A DNA stretch of 64,000 bases from Selaginella moellendorffii (taxonomy: Eukaryota; Plantae; Lycopodiophyta). Positions 35,340 to 47,130 of the stretch are shown piece by piece. The number at the start of each line of letters is the position of its first letter. Position 1 is the stretch's first letter. The translations under genes were made by a program, and so were the position numbers. Below the pieces are notes generated by a model. It was not told the origin of the DNA. It searched no databases and saw only the letters and a list, made by a program, of their open reading frames with translations. The stretch is from the NCBI RefSeq assembly GCF_000143415.4, contig NW_003314334.1, positions 124,001-188,000 of the forward strand, given 5' to 3'.

Positions 35340-38156
35340 CCAATGAGACAAAGGTGAATGAAAATGGCATTAGTGTAATGGGCTAATATGTCAATGGTAC
35401 CTTTGGGTGTCTATGTTGGGATCAAACACTTGGACCAAGTGTAAAGGCAAAGTGGTATAGAAGCCATTTGCAAAGCTATTAAGTCCCCAAATCGGGAATA
35501 GGACTTATGGAGGTTGTGAGAGAGACTCCTCCATGTGGTTGAAAGTATGGTTAAGTGACTAAAGTAGAATGGAAAAATTAATCGCTTACATGCTAAACCT
35601 TTATCAATCTCTATTGAAGCTTGTTGCATTTGACATTCTCCACTCATAATTTTTAATTCATTACCTCTTTGCAAGCCAAATTGGTCACATTATTGCACTC
35701 CACTCACCTTCCTAGCCATGCACCTCACAATTGGTGTTCTTGGTATGCTATCAATTGGCTTTGGTTTACAAACACAATCTCTTAGGTATGCTTACATACC
35801 ACAGCAATTGTCAAGCAATTGTGTATTACAGAGGTAACTTGTCAATACAAAAGAAATGTTTCATTCTAATTTTTTCTTTTTCTTGTCTTCATTCATAAAT
35901 ACATTGAGTTGTTGGACATTTTTTAATTTGGGGCCATAGTAGAGCTGTGAAACAGCCTTGTTTAAACTGTAAATGGAGCAATATGGTGGAAGATCTTCGG
36001 TCTTTAATAATGCAAGTTGAGACAGATTTTTTTATTTATTAAAGTAGTCACTCATGACATTCTTTGGAATAAGTACAAATTAATGTGAATGGGCAACCCA
36101 AATTTTTTATTTTCTTTCATTTTCTCTGCATTAGTTGTGGATGATGGTAGATCTTGAGACAACTAGTTTCTTTAGCAGGATGGATTAAAATGCAATTTTG
36201 TAACTGTAGTATACATCTACTTTCTTGATGTCCAGGCACAGACACCCGGTTCGGATGTTGCAAATTCTTCCTCACAATCCCCCTAACTTCTCCACCATCA
36301 CAGATGAGTCTCCATGGTTTCTAGTGCAGTACTGAGGAAGTTTGTTGGAAGGGCATCAAGGATATGATGTTCACTTAGATGTCAAACTCTTGCAGCTCCA
36401 TGGCACTAGAGAGCATGAGACTGATCGAGCTGGTCTTGAACATCACGTAGGCATTCTGCCAACTATCCTTGCAATGCTATTGTGGTGGTCTTCTACATCA
36501 TTGTGAGTGGCAAGCACAGAGAAGGTGTTCTCGTACTCTTACATGACATTTTAAAAGTGCATGATTTTTTATAATTATGTGATTGATCTGAAAAGGTAGT
36601 GGTGCTCTAGGACAAATATAGTAAATATAAATTGGGATAATTAAATATTTTTTGGGGATAAATTGGGATATTAATGCTTTGATTAATAGAAACATATCTT
36701 GACATTCTAATAATGAGAGTTCCCAGTAGAGTGTGGTTGGGTTTGGATATGTTGAATCCCTACAATGCTATAACAAATGCTAGACCACTCATCATTCAGA
36801 ACAATAAGAAGAGAAAGAAGAATATGATATATAAATCCTTTCGCATCAGTTATCAAACATGTCTCACGAGTTTCATAGTTGATCTACAACACAAAATGGA
36901 AAACGTATGGTTGGCAGCCAAACCTGTTTGATCATCTTGTAGTTAAGAACTTAATCTTGATAACCACTCCTCTACTAGAATTCTTTGCAAACTTAAGTAT
37001 CCTCTCCAAGAGCTCCCAAGCTCATTCTCCCCTACTCTGGTTCAAACGCTATATAAGCTAGAAGCCATGGATTGCTCTACCTTGTTATATGCTATAAATC
37101 AAATGGACATGGAATTCAGTGCTCAAAGGGCTACTCATCAACTTGCCTTGCATAGCAGCCTTTCATCATTTCCCTTTATGCTATCAGGGTTTTTGCTATA
37201 GAAATATATGCTGCTGCCATTTGCATACAAATCACTCTCAATACCACTACAATCTACACTGCTTGAAAAAACAAGTAAACTTAGCTTACCTAACACTTAC
37301 ACTGGATATGGCAAGTTCTTCCAGGATGATAGGATTGGCACTGATAGCTCCATGAAATATGTGCTAGAGCAATGCTTGATGGCCTCACATCATCCTCATT
37401 CTCACTACAAGTGATCTACATACCTCACACTGGCAAGGATGGATCCATCCAAACTCCATAGCCTATGGCAGTGGCTCTAGGGGAGTGGACACTAATCAAT
37501 AACATTCATGGAGGCATGCTATCTTTCATGGTTTTGGGAGTAGAAAAAACACTTTTTTTAAAATAGAACTTGGGAGTGGCAAGTGTTTTGATTGAGTTGG
37601 CTAGGCTTCCTAGATGATAGGATATCAAGAAAATAAATAAAATAAGAAAGAAAATATAAGAAGGAACAAACATAAGACACAATAAAGAAAAGCCTAAACC
37701 AAGCATAGACTATATACTTATAAATTATAGCCATTCATCCACAAAATTATAAAAGTTTAGCATTGCTAGAGTTAGTTATTGAGCCTTTAGGGCACGGTAT
37801 TTGGTGGCTAACTGGGCATGATGTGGAATGCCACAGAGGGAGCATGACAAGGGCATAGCCACATAAGAGAGGGGGTGCTGGATTGTGCATTTATCCCACT
37901 ATTGATTTAGGCACTAGCACAGCAGCTTGCACAGTGGCTACTGGCACCTTTGATTGAGTGATTTCTTTCTAGATCTTCTGCAGAATGTATAAGGGCCATA
38001 GTAATATTCTTGCAAATAATAAATCTTGATCCGACAGCTATGAACTGCTGGATCACCTTAACAGGCGAGCGACTGCCTGTTAAGGATCGATCAATGGAAA
38101 TTTTCAGATTATTTACAGCAACCAAGAAAGATTATGGAGAACAAAATTATAATCGT

Positions 38157-40394
38157 TCATGTAGTGTTTGCCAAAGTGGTACATCGATTTCGAAACAACA
38201 ATCCTCCAAGAAGCAAAGCGGCACCATATAGCCAATAAGGTTGCTGCACTTGTTTCTTTGACCGAACACTTTCAGTACTTTTGGTATCAGAAGTAGATGG
38301 GACAGATTTTTCTACTGACTGCAAATTAAGAGTCAGGCATCCTTCTGCATGAAGACATGCATACCTTCAACGTCTTTGGATGCGCTAATTTGTGCAATTC
38401 TCGTTGCAGCGCCTCTGCTTCTTTCTTAGATTCTTTTTTTTGTTTTGCGTATCTCTCAAAAAGTTTCTGAGAGCACAAAAGTCATTCTATTTATTTAATA
38501 CACCGCAACTTACCTTTCTGCATTTGTCAATAGGAAGTGGTGGTTGATGTGGTGCCTGGCAATTCCTGTAGAAAGGCAACGCGGCTTCCTCTTCAGTCGG
38601 TTTGTGAGGCAGTGATTCGAGAACTTTAGCGATCTGTGTCTCATAGTGCTGCAACTGTTGACCAAGTTTTCTTTTCAGGAATAAAACCGAGGATAAAACT
38701 GTCTACCTGGAGTAAATGCGAGTGATCCAGCCTTATGGGACCGTCCTGAATGTTGAACGAGTAATTACAGAAAAAAAATTAAAATTCTTCCATGAAATTG
38801 ACAAACCTTTCTCAACGATTGTAGCCATTCTTGAAGCTCAGGAAGTGCATGCCAGAGTCTTACAAATTCGGACTTGTTCGATGACGACCTAAGTGCGTCT
38901 TCCAACTGAGAAACCCTTACACTTAACGCTTTCTCACGCAGCTGGACATTCACAAGCTGCCCTTCCTTTTTCATGAGTTCCCTGGAAATGTCACAGTATT
39001 TTACACGGAAAGCGAGAAGGGTTGAAGCCACCTCTTAAGGCAATTAACTCTGTACTGCGCGTCTTCCAATACCTTGCGCTGTTGTTCAAACATCCTGTTT
39101 GAAACATTACGAGATGTTTCTACTTGATGATTTCGTGCGTTGCATGAACTGTTCATGTCAGATGCTCACCTCTCTCTTCTCCTGTATTCAAACACTTCTT
39201 TTGTCAGGTCCTTTTTCTCTCGTTGAAGCCTGGATACCTGTTTTCGAGAGCAGTCAACTGTATGAGCTTCTCCGTCCTGCAGTAAACATAGGACAACTGA
39301 TGCTAGAACTATGAGCTGAAATTACTGACTGGATCATCCGTTTGGTTTTGATGTTGTTGAGGTGTGTGGGGACTTTTTTTGGACATGTCATTTTTGTTTT
39401 GTAGCATCTGCATCTTCATTTGAAGTATCTGTAGAATACAAGAGTTGAAAGCAAAGAAATGAGATGTTTTGGTGAACCTTGAGCTCATATTCCGTTGCAG
39501 ACTCCAGTAATGCTATTTGAAGCTCTTCAAGTTGCTTCTTAAGTTGGCTAGTCGAATCCTTGCCCTGTGTGTGTCAGTTGGCAAGTAAGAAAGTGCGATG
39601 GCTAGAAAGAAGCACCATCGAGTAGCACCTTGATGAAACTCGGAGGGTTTTGCTTTGAAGGGGGCCATTTTTTTCTCTCTTCACCTGCAAAAATAGCTAC
39701 CTCTTTGAACAAAGCCTTCAAGCTGGTCGGTAACGTCTAGGAGTGAAGCAAACCATTTTAAAATATAGATTGGATTATGGTGGAACTCACTCTTGTCTCC
39801 CTCGTCACAAGTACAATCCGGTTTGTCACGCTTATTATCTTGAATCTGCACTGATATGATCTGTTTTCGAGGTTTTTTCTTTAGTGGCATGGCTTTGACT
39901 CCATATAGATGCTTCAGAACACCTTTTCTTTTGGTGGAGACTCTATCCGCAAACTCTTTGGTCATCAAGGGAGCCCATTCAGGGAGCATTCTTGTCTCCT
40001 CCTTCTCTCGGACAACAGTATCTTCGGGACAGCCTTTTTGTTGTGGTTGTGGCGAGCGAGGGGACACAAAAGTATCATCTTTTGTGGAATCCTGGGAAAC
40101 TCTTACACCAATATTTTCCAGCGTTTCTTTCATGTCAGTGGTCCTCTTGTGACACTGTGACGTGTCCTTCGCCAAGGCCTCTTTCAGCCTTGCGTATTCC
40201 ATAGCACGTTGTTCCTGAACATCATTCCATGAATGAAGCATTTTCTCTAAACCATCGGCAATGTCTTCTAGCGTGTCATAGTCGGCATTTGAGAGATCCA
40301 TGGCATCTTTCAGTGCAGACTGAAAATTTCTACTTATACCTTCAAAATCACTATTTTCTTTTTCATTTTTTACTCGAATTTCAGCACCTGTCAT
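38157..40394 (-). CDS. Uncharacterised multi-exon coiled-coil protein with C-terminal hydrophobic (tail-anchor-like) segment
   Basis: Large first exon (ORF 39681-40433), several small GT-AG exons rich in heptad-like E/K/L, last exon SVEK...YWLYGAALLLGGLLFRNRCTTLANTT*. Start codon uncertain. Confidence 0.6.
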
Positions 40395-40587
40395 TGTCCT
40401 CTCGACCCACCAGCCAAAGAATTCCGGTTTCACGAGAACCCACCGACGGATTCAACTGCTTTTCCAGAATATGCGATGTAAGCTCTTGACGTCGCTGACA
40501 TGGCAGCTAAAGCTCAAAAGTTGACGGGTATACCACTTGGCAGGCTGAAGGAATATGCTCAACTGTCTGTTTAATCTAGGTTTTGGG

Positions 40588-43543
40588 ATGGCGGCAAGCT
40601 CGTGTAGCGCCAGGGGTTTTCGAGATGTACGTTACAACGAGCTATACGAGGGATATAATGACTACGACGAGCAGATCAGGTTCCTCACGGCTAGGCCACA
40701 GAGGGTGAGGCTTTTCCCCGTATCTGTTGGTGAATTATTTTATATATGCAGCCGGTAGCAGGTATTGTTGAAAATCTAGACGCAAGGGGGGAGTTTACAG
40801 TATATGACCATGTCGCACCTCTATCCGCTTCATCAACTGCTTCAGAGTTTTTGGTAACTAGCTGAAAATGCATCTATTAATGCCGTTTCAATCTCTATAG
40901 GGAGGGAAGGCCTTGTCACCACCGGACTTCTTCAATTTGGATCATACGAGGACTCCAACCCCACAGAATGCACTATACTATAGACCACCTAGTGTTGGAA
41001 GAGCACGGTCAGTTTCTAGCTCTTCCCTTACAGCGTTTGACAGACCCATGACGGCTGTAAGGGCAGCTGGCTATACCTCCAGAGTAAGTCAACACTTGAC
41101 GAAGTTTTCCCGCCTGACGGCTTTGGCAGGGTACCAAGTTCGATCCTTTGAATCAAGGTGCACGTTTAACAAACGCGCAGAAAAGGGACGAACTCAATCC
41201 TGAATATCAGGTTCGCGAGCTGGAGAGTCAGGTCAATCAGATGCTGGAGGAAAGTGCCACTGCCAGCTTTCTGGTAAGCTCTCTGGTGATAATACTGCTT
41301 ACATCTTTATTCTAAAGCCAGGGTCAATATGCCACTGCTCTGGAGAAAGCTAAAGAAGCTGGAAAACGCGAAAGGAAGCTCTGCAAACATCGAGAGCAGA
41401 CGGGCTTGGTATCAAATTCCAAGTCATATTTTCCCCTTCCCACTGACAACTGGCTATTTTTATAGGCTGATCAAGTGAATACCGAGCTGACTTTCGCTGT
41501 CTGTTTTAATCTAGGATATCAATATGAAATGAACCGTTTACACTCGGAAGCGTTGAATACCTATTCACAAATCGTGAAGAGCAAGCAAGTAGGCAGCATA
41601 TTTACTATTTGGACTTTTGACCTTTCAAATCCTGCAGTTTCCACAGGGTGGAAGGTTAAGAGTAAATATGGGGAACATTTACTATGAACAAGAGAAATAT
41701 GCACTTGCAGTAAAAATGTATCGCATGGCCCTTGATCAGACTCCCAATTCGTACAAAGATACGCGATACAAGATCATGCGCAATATTGGCATCTCTTTGA
41801 TGCGTACTGGCCACTACCAGGTAGGTTTCGATGTTATCATCCAACCCTGTAGTGCGGTCGTGGTTGTGAGCAGGATGCTGTTCAGTCATTTGAATCATTG
41901 ATAGACATCACGGTCGACCATCACGCGGCTTACAATCTTCTAGTTTCCCATTATGTTTTGGGAAATTGTTCCAAAATGAGAAGCTGCTTTACAAAAATGC
42001 TCTTAGTGAAACACTATGATCCGGAGCGTGACGATGACATTGAGCCCGATCATACGGCCGTGTTTCGGGTGGGTCCGTTTCCACTGTCCTTTGGCATGCT
42101 TTGATGGTTCTTTTATCTTGCAGAGGGACGAGTTGCGGCAGGAGCTACATGCAAGACAAAATCAGGCAAACAGGCTCATACTAACATCTGCGAGAATTAT
42201 TGCTCCTGTTGTTGGAAATTCTTTGGTAGAGGGTTATGATTGGGTCATCGAGTTGCTACAAGACCAGCAATATGTGACCCTTGCACACGAAATGGAAATG
42301 GATAAAGCCCTTCAACACCTACATCAAAGAGACTTTCAACAAGTAATCCATGATTCATATCTGGTAGTTTCTGAAACTTATTTTCCCAGGCCATAGCATT
42401 GCTAAAAGAATTCGAACGAAAGGAAAGAGATTTGCAAGCACGAGCAGCAACAAATCTGTCTTTCTTATATTTCTTGGAGGGTGATCTGGCGAACGCGGAG
42501 AAACACGCGGAGCTTGCTGTTTTAAACAATCGGTTCAACGCTTGCGCCCTAGTCAACCAAGGAAACTGCTACTTTATGAGGGTAAGAAGCAGATCGTATT
42601 TCATCCTTTCATATTTTGTACCAACAAAACAGGGCGATCCTGAGCGCGCAAAGCAAGTCTACAAAGGCGCTGCAGACGTGGACCCTGATTGCGTGGAGGC
42701 ACTTTATAACCTGGGCCTTGCGTATAAGAAACTAAATTCTTTTGAGGAAGCATTGAGCGTATTCAAGAAAATAAGTTACGTTCTTCCGAATAATACCGAA
42801 GTATTGTTTCAGGTATATTGTATTCTCATAGCATTTCCTTGATTTTCTTGATCTTTGTCATGGGCGTGGCAGATTGGACAAGTGAGTGACGTTATGGGAA
42901 ACTCTCGACAAGCAATAAAGTGGCTAGAGCTCTTGGTCTCGAAAGTGATGCATGATGCAGGCCTTTTAGCTATGCTGGGAAACCTCTACGTGCGCTGTGA
43001 AGATGATGCAAAGGCTCTTCACTACTTCAGCGAGTCGCACAGAGTGTGTCCAACGGATGTGGTTGTCACTGCGTGGTTGGGGTCTTTTTATCTGCAGAAC
43101 GAGTTGTACGAGAAAGCAATGCCTTTCTTCCAACTAGCGTCACGCATTCATCCTGACGAGGTAGTCAGTTTGAGCAGTCCAGAGCCTGAGTCTTTTCTTC
43201 TCCGTAGGTGAAGTGGAAGCTAAAGGTGGCGCTGTGCTTACGACGAACGGGTTCATTTTCAAAGGCACTTCACAAATACAAGCAAATTCTTAACGCACAC
43301 CCAGACAATGCAGAGTGCTTGCACTGTTTGGTGCACCTTTGCACAAGTCTTGGCAGGAAAATGGAAGTCCAGGCTTATGAGAGCAAACTGTGGAAGGTGG
43401 ATCAGGATCATCAGAGGCAGACGGGCAGCAGCATGGCTTGTTTTGGGCAATGCCCACGACGAGTTGGGTACGACAGTGTCAAGTCCTCTGGAAAAGCCAG
43501 GGACGAAGATTGGGAGCTTACGGATGACTTACTCCCGATCTGA
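40588..43543 (+). CDS. IFT88: Intraflagellar transport protein 88 (TPR repeats)
   Basis: ELYEGYNDY, RPMTAVRAAGYTS, ALEKAKEAGKRERKLC, FPQGGRLRVNMGNIY, AATNLSFLYFLEGD, ALVNQGNC, C-terminal ELTDDLLP; many short GT-AG introns. Confidence 0.95.
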
Positions 43544-43625
43544 AACATGCTGAACAAGAAATTTGTCAGTGGCATGTCGAGGCCCACTTAAAGTCGGTCA
43601 AATGCGAGGGAGATCAACCCTAGGC

Positions 43626-45139
43626 ATGGATGCGCCTGCGGCGCTGCTGGCGGTCCTTGTGGTGTGGTGGGCGGCCGCGGGAGCAGCCGGGCAGTGGGCG
43701 TGGCTCGGCCGCAAGCAGCTGCTGCTCCAGGCGTCCCCTGAGCAGGTGAGAGTCGCTCGCAACATATATAGAGAGAGTTGTAGTGCTCACAGACAGCGCG
43801 GGGGCGTATCCAGGTTCACGTGTCTCTAGCCGGCCTCAAGCACATCCGAGTGACATGGATCACGGCAGCCGGCTCCAACCTCCCGGCCAAGGTCGACTAC
43901 GGCACCGCCCCAAACACTTACACCGCATCCGCAACTGCGGATGGCTCCTCCTCCTACTTTTACATGCTCTACCGATCGGGGACCATCCACAATGCTGTCA
44001 TCGGTCCCCTCGAGGACGACACGCGCTACTTCTATCGAGTTGCTGGAGCTGGAGGCCGCGAGCTGAGTTTCAAGACACCGCCCAAGCTCGGGCCTGAGGT
44101 GCCAGTCACGTTTGCGGTCGTCGGTGGGTAACACACGCTTGTCCGTCCCAAGCCAGCTCCACATTTTGTGCTTTTTTAGGTGACCTGGGGCAGACGCGGT
44201 GGAGCGAATCCACTCTTGCCCACATCCAGCAGTGCAGTTACGATGTGCTCCTGTTTGCGGGCGACCTTTCGTATGCCGACTACTACCAGCCGCTGTGGGA
44301 TTCGTTTGGCAGGCTCGTGGAACCAGCGGCAAGCTCGCGACCGTGGATGGTGACCCAGGGAAACCACGACGTGGAGCGGATTCCCTTGCTTGCCCGGCCC
44401 TACAAGGCTTACAATTCCCGCTGGTCCATGCCTCACAGCGAAAGCGACTCGCCCTCCAACCTCTTTTACTCGTTTGATGTTGCTAGCGTTCACGTTGTCA
44501 TGCTCGGCTCGTATGCGGCCTACGACCAGCGGTCGGAGCAGTATGCGTGGCTCCAAGTTAAGTGCTTTCATTCGTCGGGTGGACTAATTGTGCAGGTAAA
44601 CGGTGACAGGAAGATTTGAACAAGGTGGACAGGAGCAAAACGCCTTGGCTTATTGCCGTTGTTCATGCACCATGGTATAACTCCAACGCCAAGCACCGGG
44701 GAGATGGAGATGGGATGATGCATGCACTGGAGCCCATGCTGCGCGAGGCCAAAGTTGACATTGTTTTCGCGGGGCACGTTCACGCTTACGAGCGAACGGT
44801 TCGGATTCTTGCCATTGGTCATGTAATTGTAATCCCGATGTGCTATACATATTTCTGCAGGCTCGTGTCTACAGCGGCCAGCTCGACGAGTGCGGAATCA
44901 TGCACATCACAATCGGAGACGGCGGAAACCGCGAAGGACTGGCCCGACGATTCAGGGATCCACAGCCGGAATGGTCCATCTTTCGGGAGGCAAGCTTCGG
45001 CCACGGGGAGCTGCAGGTGGTAAACGCAACGCATGCGCACTGGTCCTGGCATCGAAACGACGATGACGAGGCGGTGGTGGCCGATAAAATCACCATCACC
45101 AGCGTCACTGCGTGCACCACCCCCTCCCGCTCCTCGTGA
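43626..45139 (+). CDS. Purple acid phosphatase (PAP18-like), secreted
   Basis: Signal peptide, PEQVHVSL, metal-binding motifs GDLG, GDLSY, GNHD, VHAPWY, GHVH, and [10 protein letters not shown]. Confidence 0.95.
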
Positions 45140-45336
45140 ATGTATGTATAAGCCTATTGTCATGCCAAGATACAATGTGAGCGTTGTTACTCCTAGACAA
45201 GCATTCCTGGGCTGGGCTCAAAAGTGCTTGAGAAAAAAGTTGCTCATTCAAGGCTTCTTATCACCAATTATAATCTGCTCATCATAGCCCGCGCTAGTAA
45301 AGCACACTCCCCTCTGGATACTTACCCGAGTGACGG

Positions 45337-46242
45337 TCACTTTGTTCGCCTGGGGAGATAAATTCCTTCCGCAGCCAGCCAGACGTTGTCAGCGCTCTTC
45401 TTTTGGACACCACACACCTGTAACACAGACTTAAAAACGACACAAGACGGAGAATTCTTCATGTTACCTCCAACTGTCCCGCAACTATTCTGGTGTACTT
45501 GTTGTCGTGGCTACTGTGAAGGTAGCCACCCGTGTCCATGTGATACAACCGGACCTTGAGATCTTTGGTCCAGGTCTTTTCCTTGCCCTCAATCTCCAAT
45601 CTAGAAACAAGCGGGGACAAGGTTTTTTAGTAGAGCGGTTGACATAGATACAGGTTGTACCTCCAGGTATCTCCCGTGTCACTCACATCTGGACTGCCGA
45701 ATGCGCTCACCTGCAGACATGGCACAGCTGAGGCAGGGGATAGAAAAAGCAGAGTCACCTCGAGGTTCCCAGTGAGGGGCGACTGATGCAGATGGCTGTG
45801 GAGCCATCTTCTCGTTCTCATGTGCTGAAGGCGCACAATGGACCCCTCAGCAACGCCGTCTCCTTGCTGGGCTTCACTTTGGGGCCCGGGCTTGACAATC
45901 TGGGAGGGGACGAACAAGTTAGAAGAGTAGCGGGCATGCACACTCCCTTACCCAGTAGCTATTACCATCGTTGACGTGGGGAAAGGCAGTCACAGACTGC
46001 TGGCCACTGCCAGAACCATAGGGAACCTCGTGTGAGTGCAGCCTGAACTTGGTGCTCGCATGCTGCAGCTTGATCACACTGCCGTACGTCACCTGAGCTT
46101 TGTTTCTTTAAGGCTGGTCTAGACACACAGGAGCGCTACTTACTAGTTGGCTGCTTGGCGGGGCACCGGCATCCACATCCGAGCGGGCGTCGCTGGTGAG
46201 CCACAGAAAGGCGAGCAAGGCCGACAACCAGGCAGCTCCCAT
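45337..46242 (-). CDS. SDF2: Stromal cell-derived factor 2-like protein (MIR domains)
   Basis: Signal peptide, VTYGSVIKLQH...RLHSHEVPYGSGSGQQSVTAFP, RLQHMRTRRWLHSH, SDTGD, NVWLAAEGIYLP. Confidence 0.93.
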
Positions 46243-46561
46243 GGCCACGCACGCCCACGCCACAAGGCGGCCGCGTTTGCGAGCAGCTGCTGGGAGATTT
46301 GGGCGGCGCCTCACCACCTCAGCAGCGGCAGCAGCGGCAGCAGCAGCTCCTCCCCCTTGGCCGGCGCGCTTCGACTGCCGCAGTGTAGACGCCAGCGCTG
46401 CGCCACAACCTTATACTTAGGGCAGTCAGTCACGTTGTGCAGGCCACTCACAGCCAGCCACGTGGAGACGAGGCCAATGAGGATGCGCCAGCTCATCCAC
46501 AAGGTATCTTAAAACATTGATTGTTAATATATGGGAACATACAAGAGCATTGCAGGTGAAA

Positions 46562-46870
46562 TCAGGAGCAGTCGGCGGCGGCGGAGATGTTGCAGTTCGC
46601 CGGGATGTTTCTGGCGGCAGTCATGTTGAGGCCTGGCACCGTGGACGTTTGATTCACGAGGCACTGGCACATCTCAAGCTTGGACACGCTTTTCATGGCG
46701 GTGCAACAGGCAACCGAGGGTGGCGGTGGATTGCCTCCCACCGCCGCCGAGAGGCAAGGAAACATTGCCTGCTGCGCAGCGCTGCAATCCACAGCGGCCG
46801 CTACAAGTCCGACATGGAGCAGCAGTGAGGCAAGCAAAGCTACAACAACCAGGATGCGCGCTCCGCCCAT
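46562..46870 (-). CDS. Non-specific lipid-transfer protein (8-cysteine motif)
   Basis: Signal peptide then C-C-CC-CxC-C-C; TATA-like TATAAG ~75 bp upstream (~46944-46949). Confidence 0.92.
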   Translation of the reverse strand: MGGARILVVVALLASLLLHVGLVAAAVDCSAAQQAMFPCLSAAVGGNPPPPSVACCTAMKSVSKLEMCQCLVNQTSTVPGLNMTAARNIPANCNISAAADCS

Positions 46871-47130
46871 GCCAACGCTGCTGAGAGAAGCAAGCAACCA
46901 ACCAAAAGCACGATGTTCCTCAAGAGCTCGTCCGCGCTCGCCCTTATAACGAGAGAGAGGCGCAGGGAGAAATAAGTGAGAGCGCCCAGAGGCAGTGCAA
47001 TGAACTTCTCCTACTGCCACACCTTCCTGAAACCAGACCCGTGAGTTTACAGACCTCCTGCAGGAAAGCACGCCACTCCCATTAATATGAGGTCGCCATC
47101 TAAGACTTGATTTAATCTGGCAATCACACC

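Noticed and set aside
33654-35590. Foldback or DIRS-like element with long terminal inverted repeats
   Set aside because: Better explained as one LTR inserted in an opposite-orientation LTR, because the host sequence continues on both sides of the insertion.
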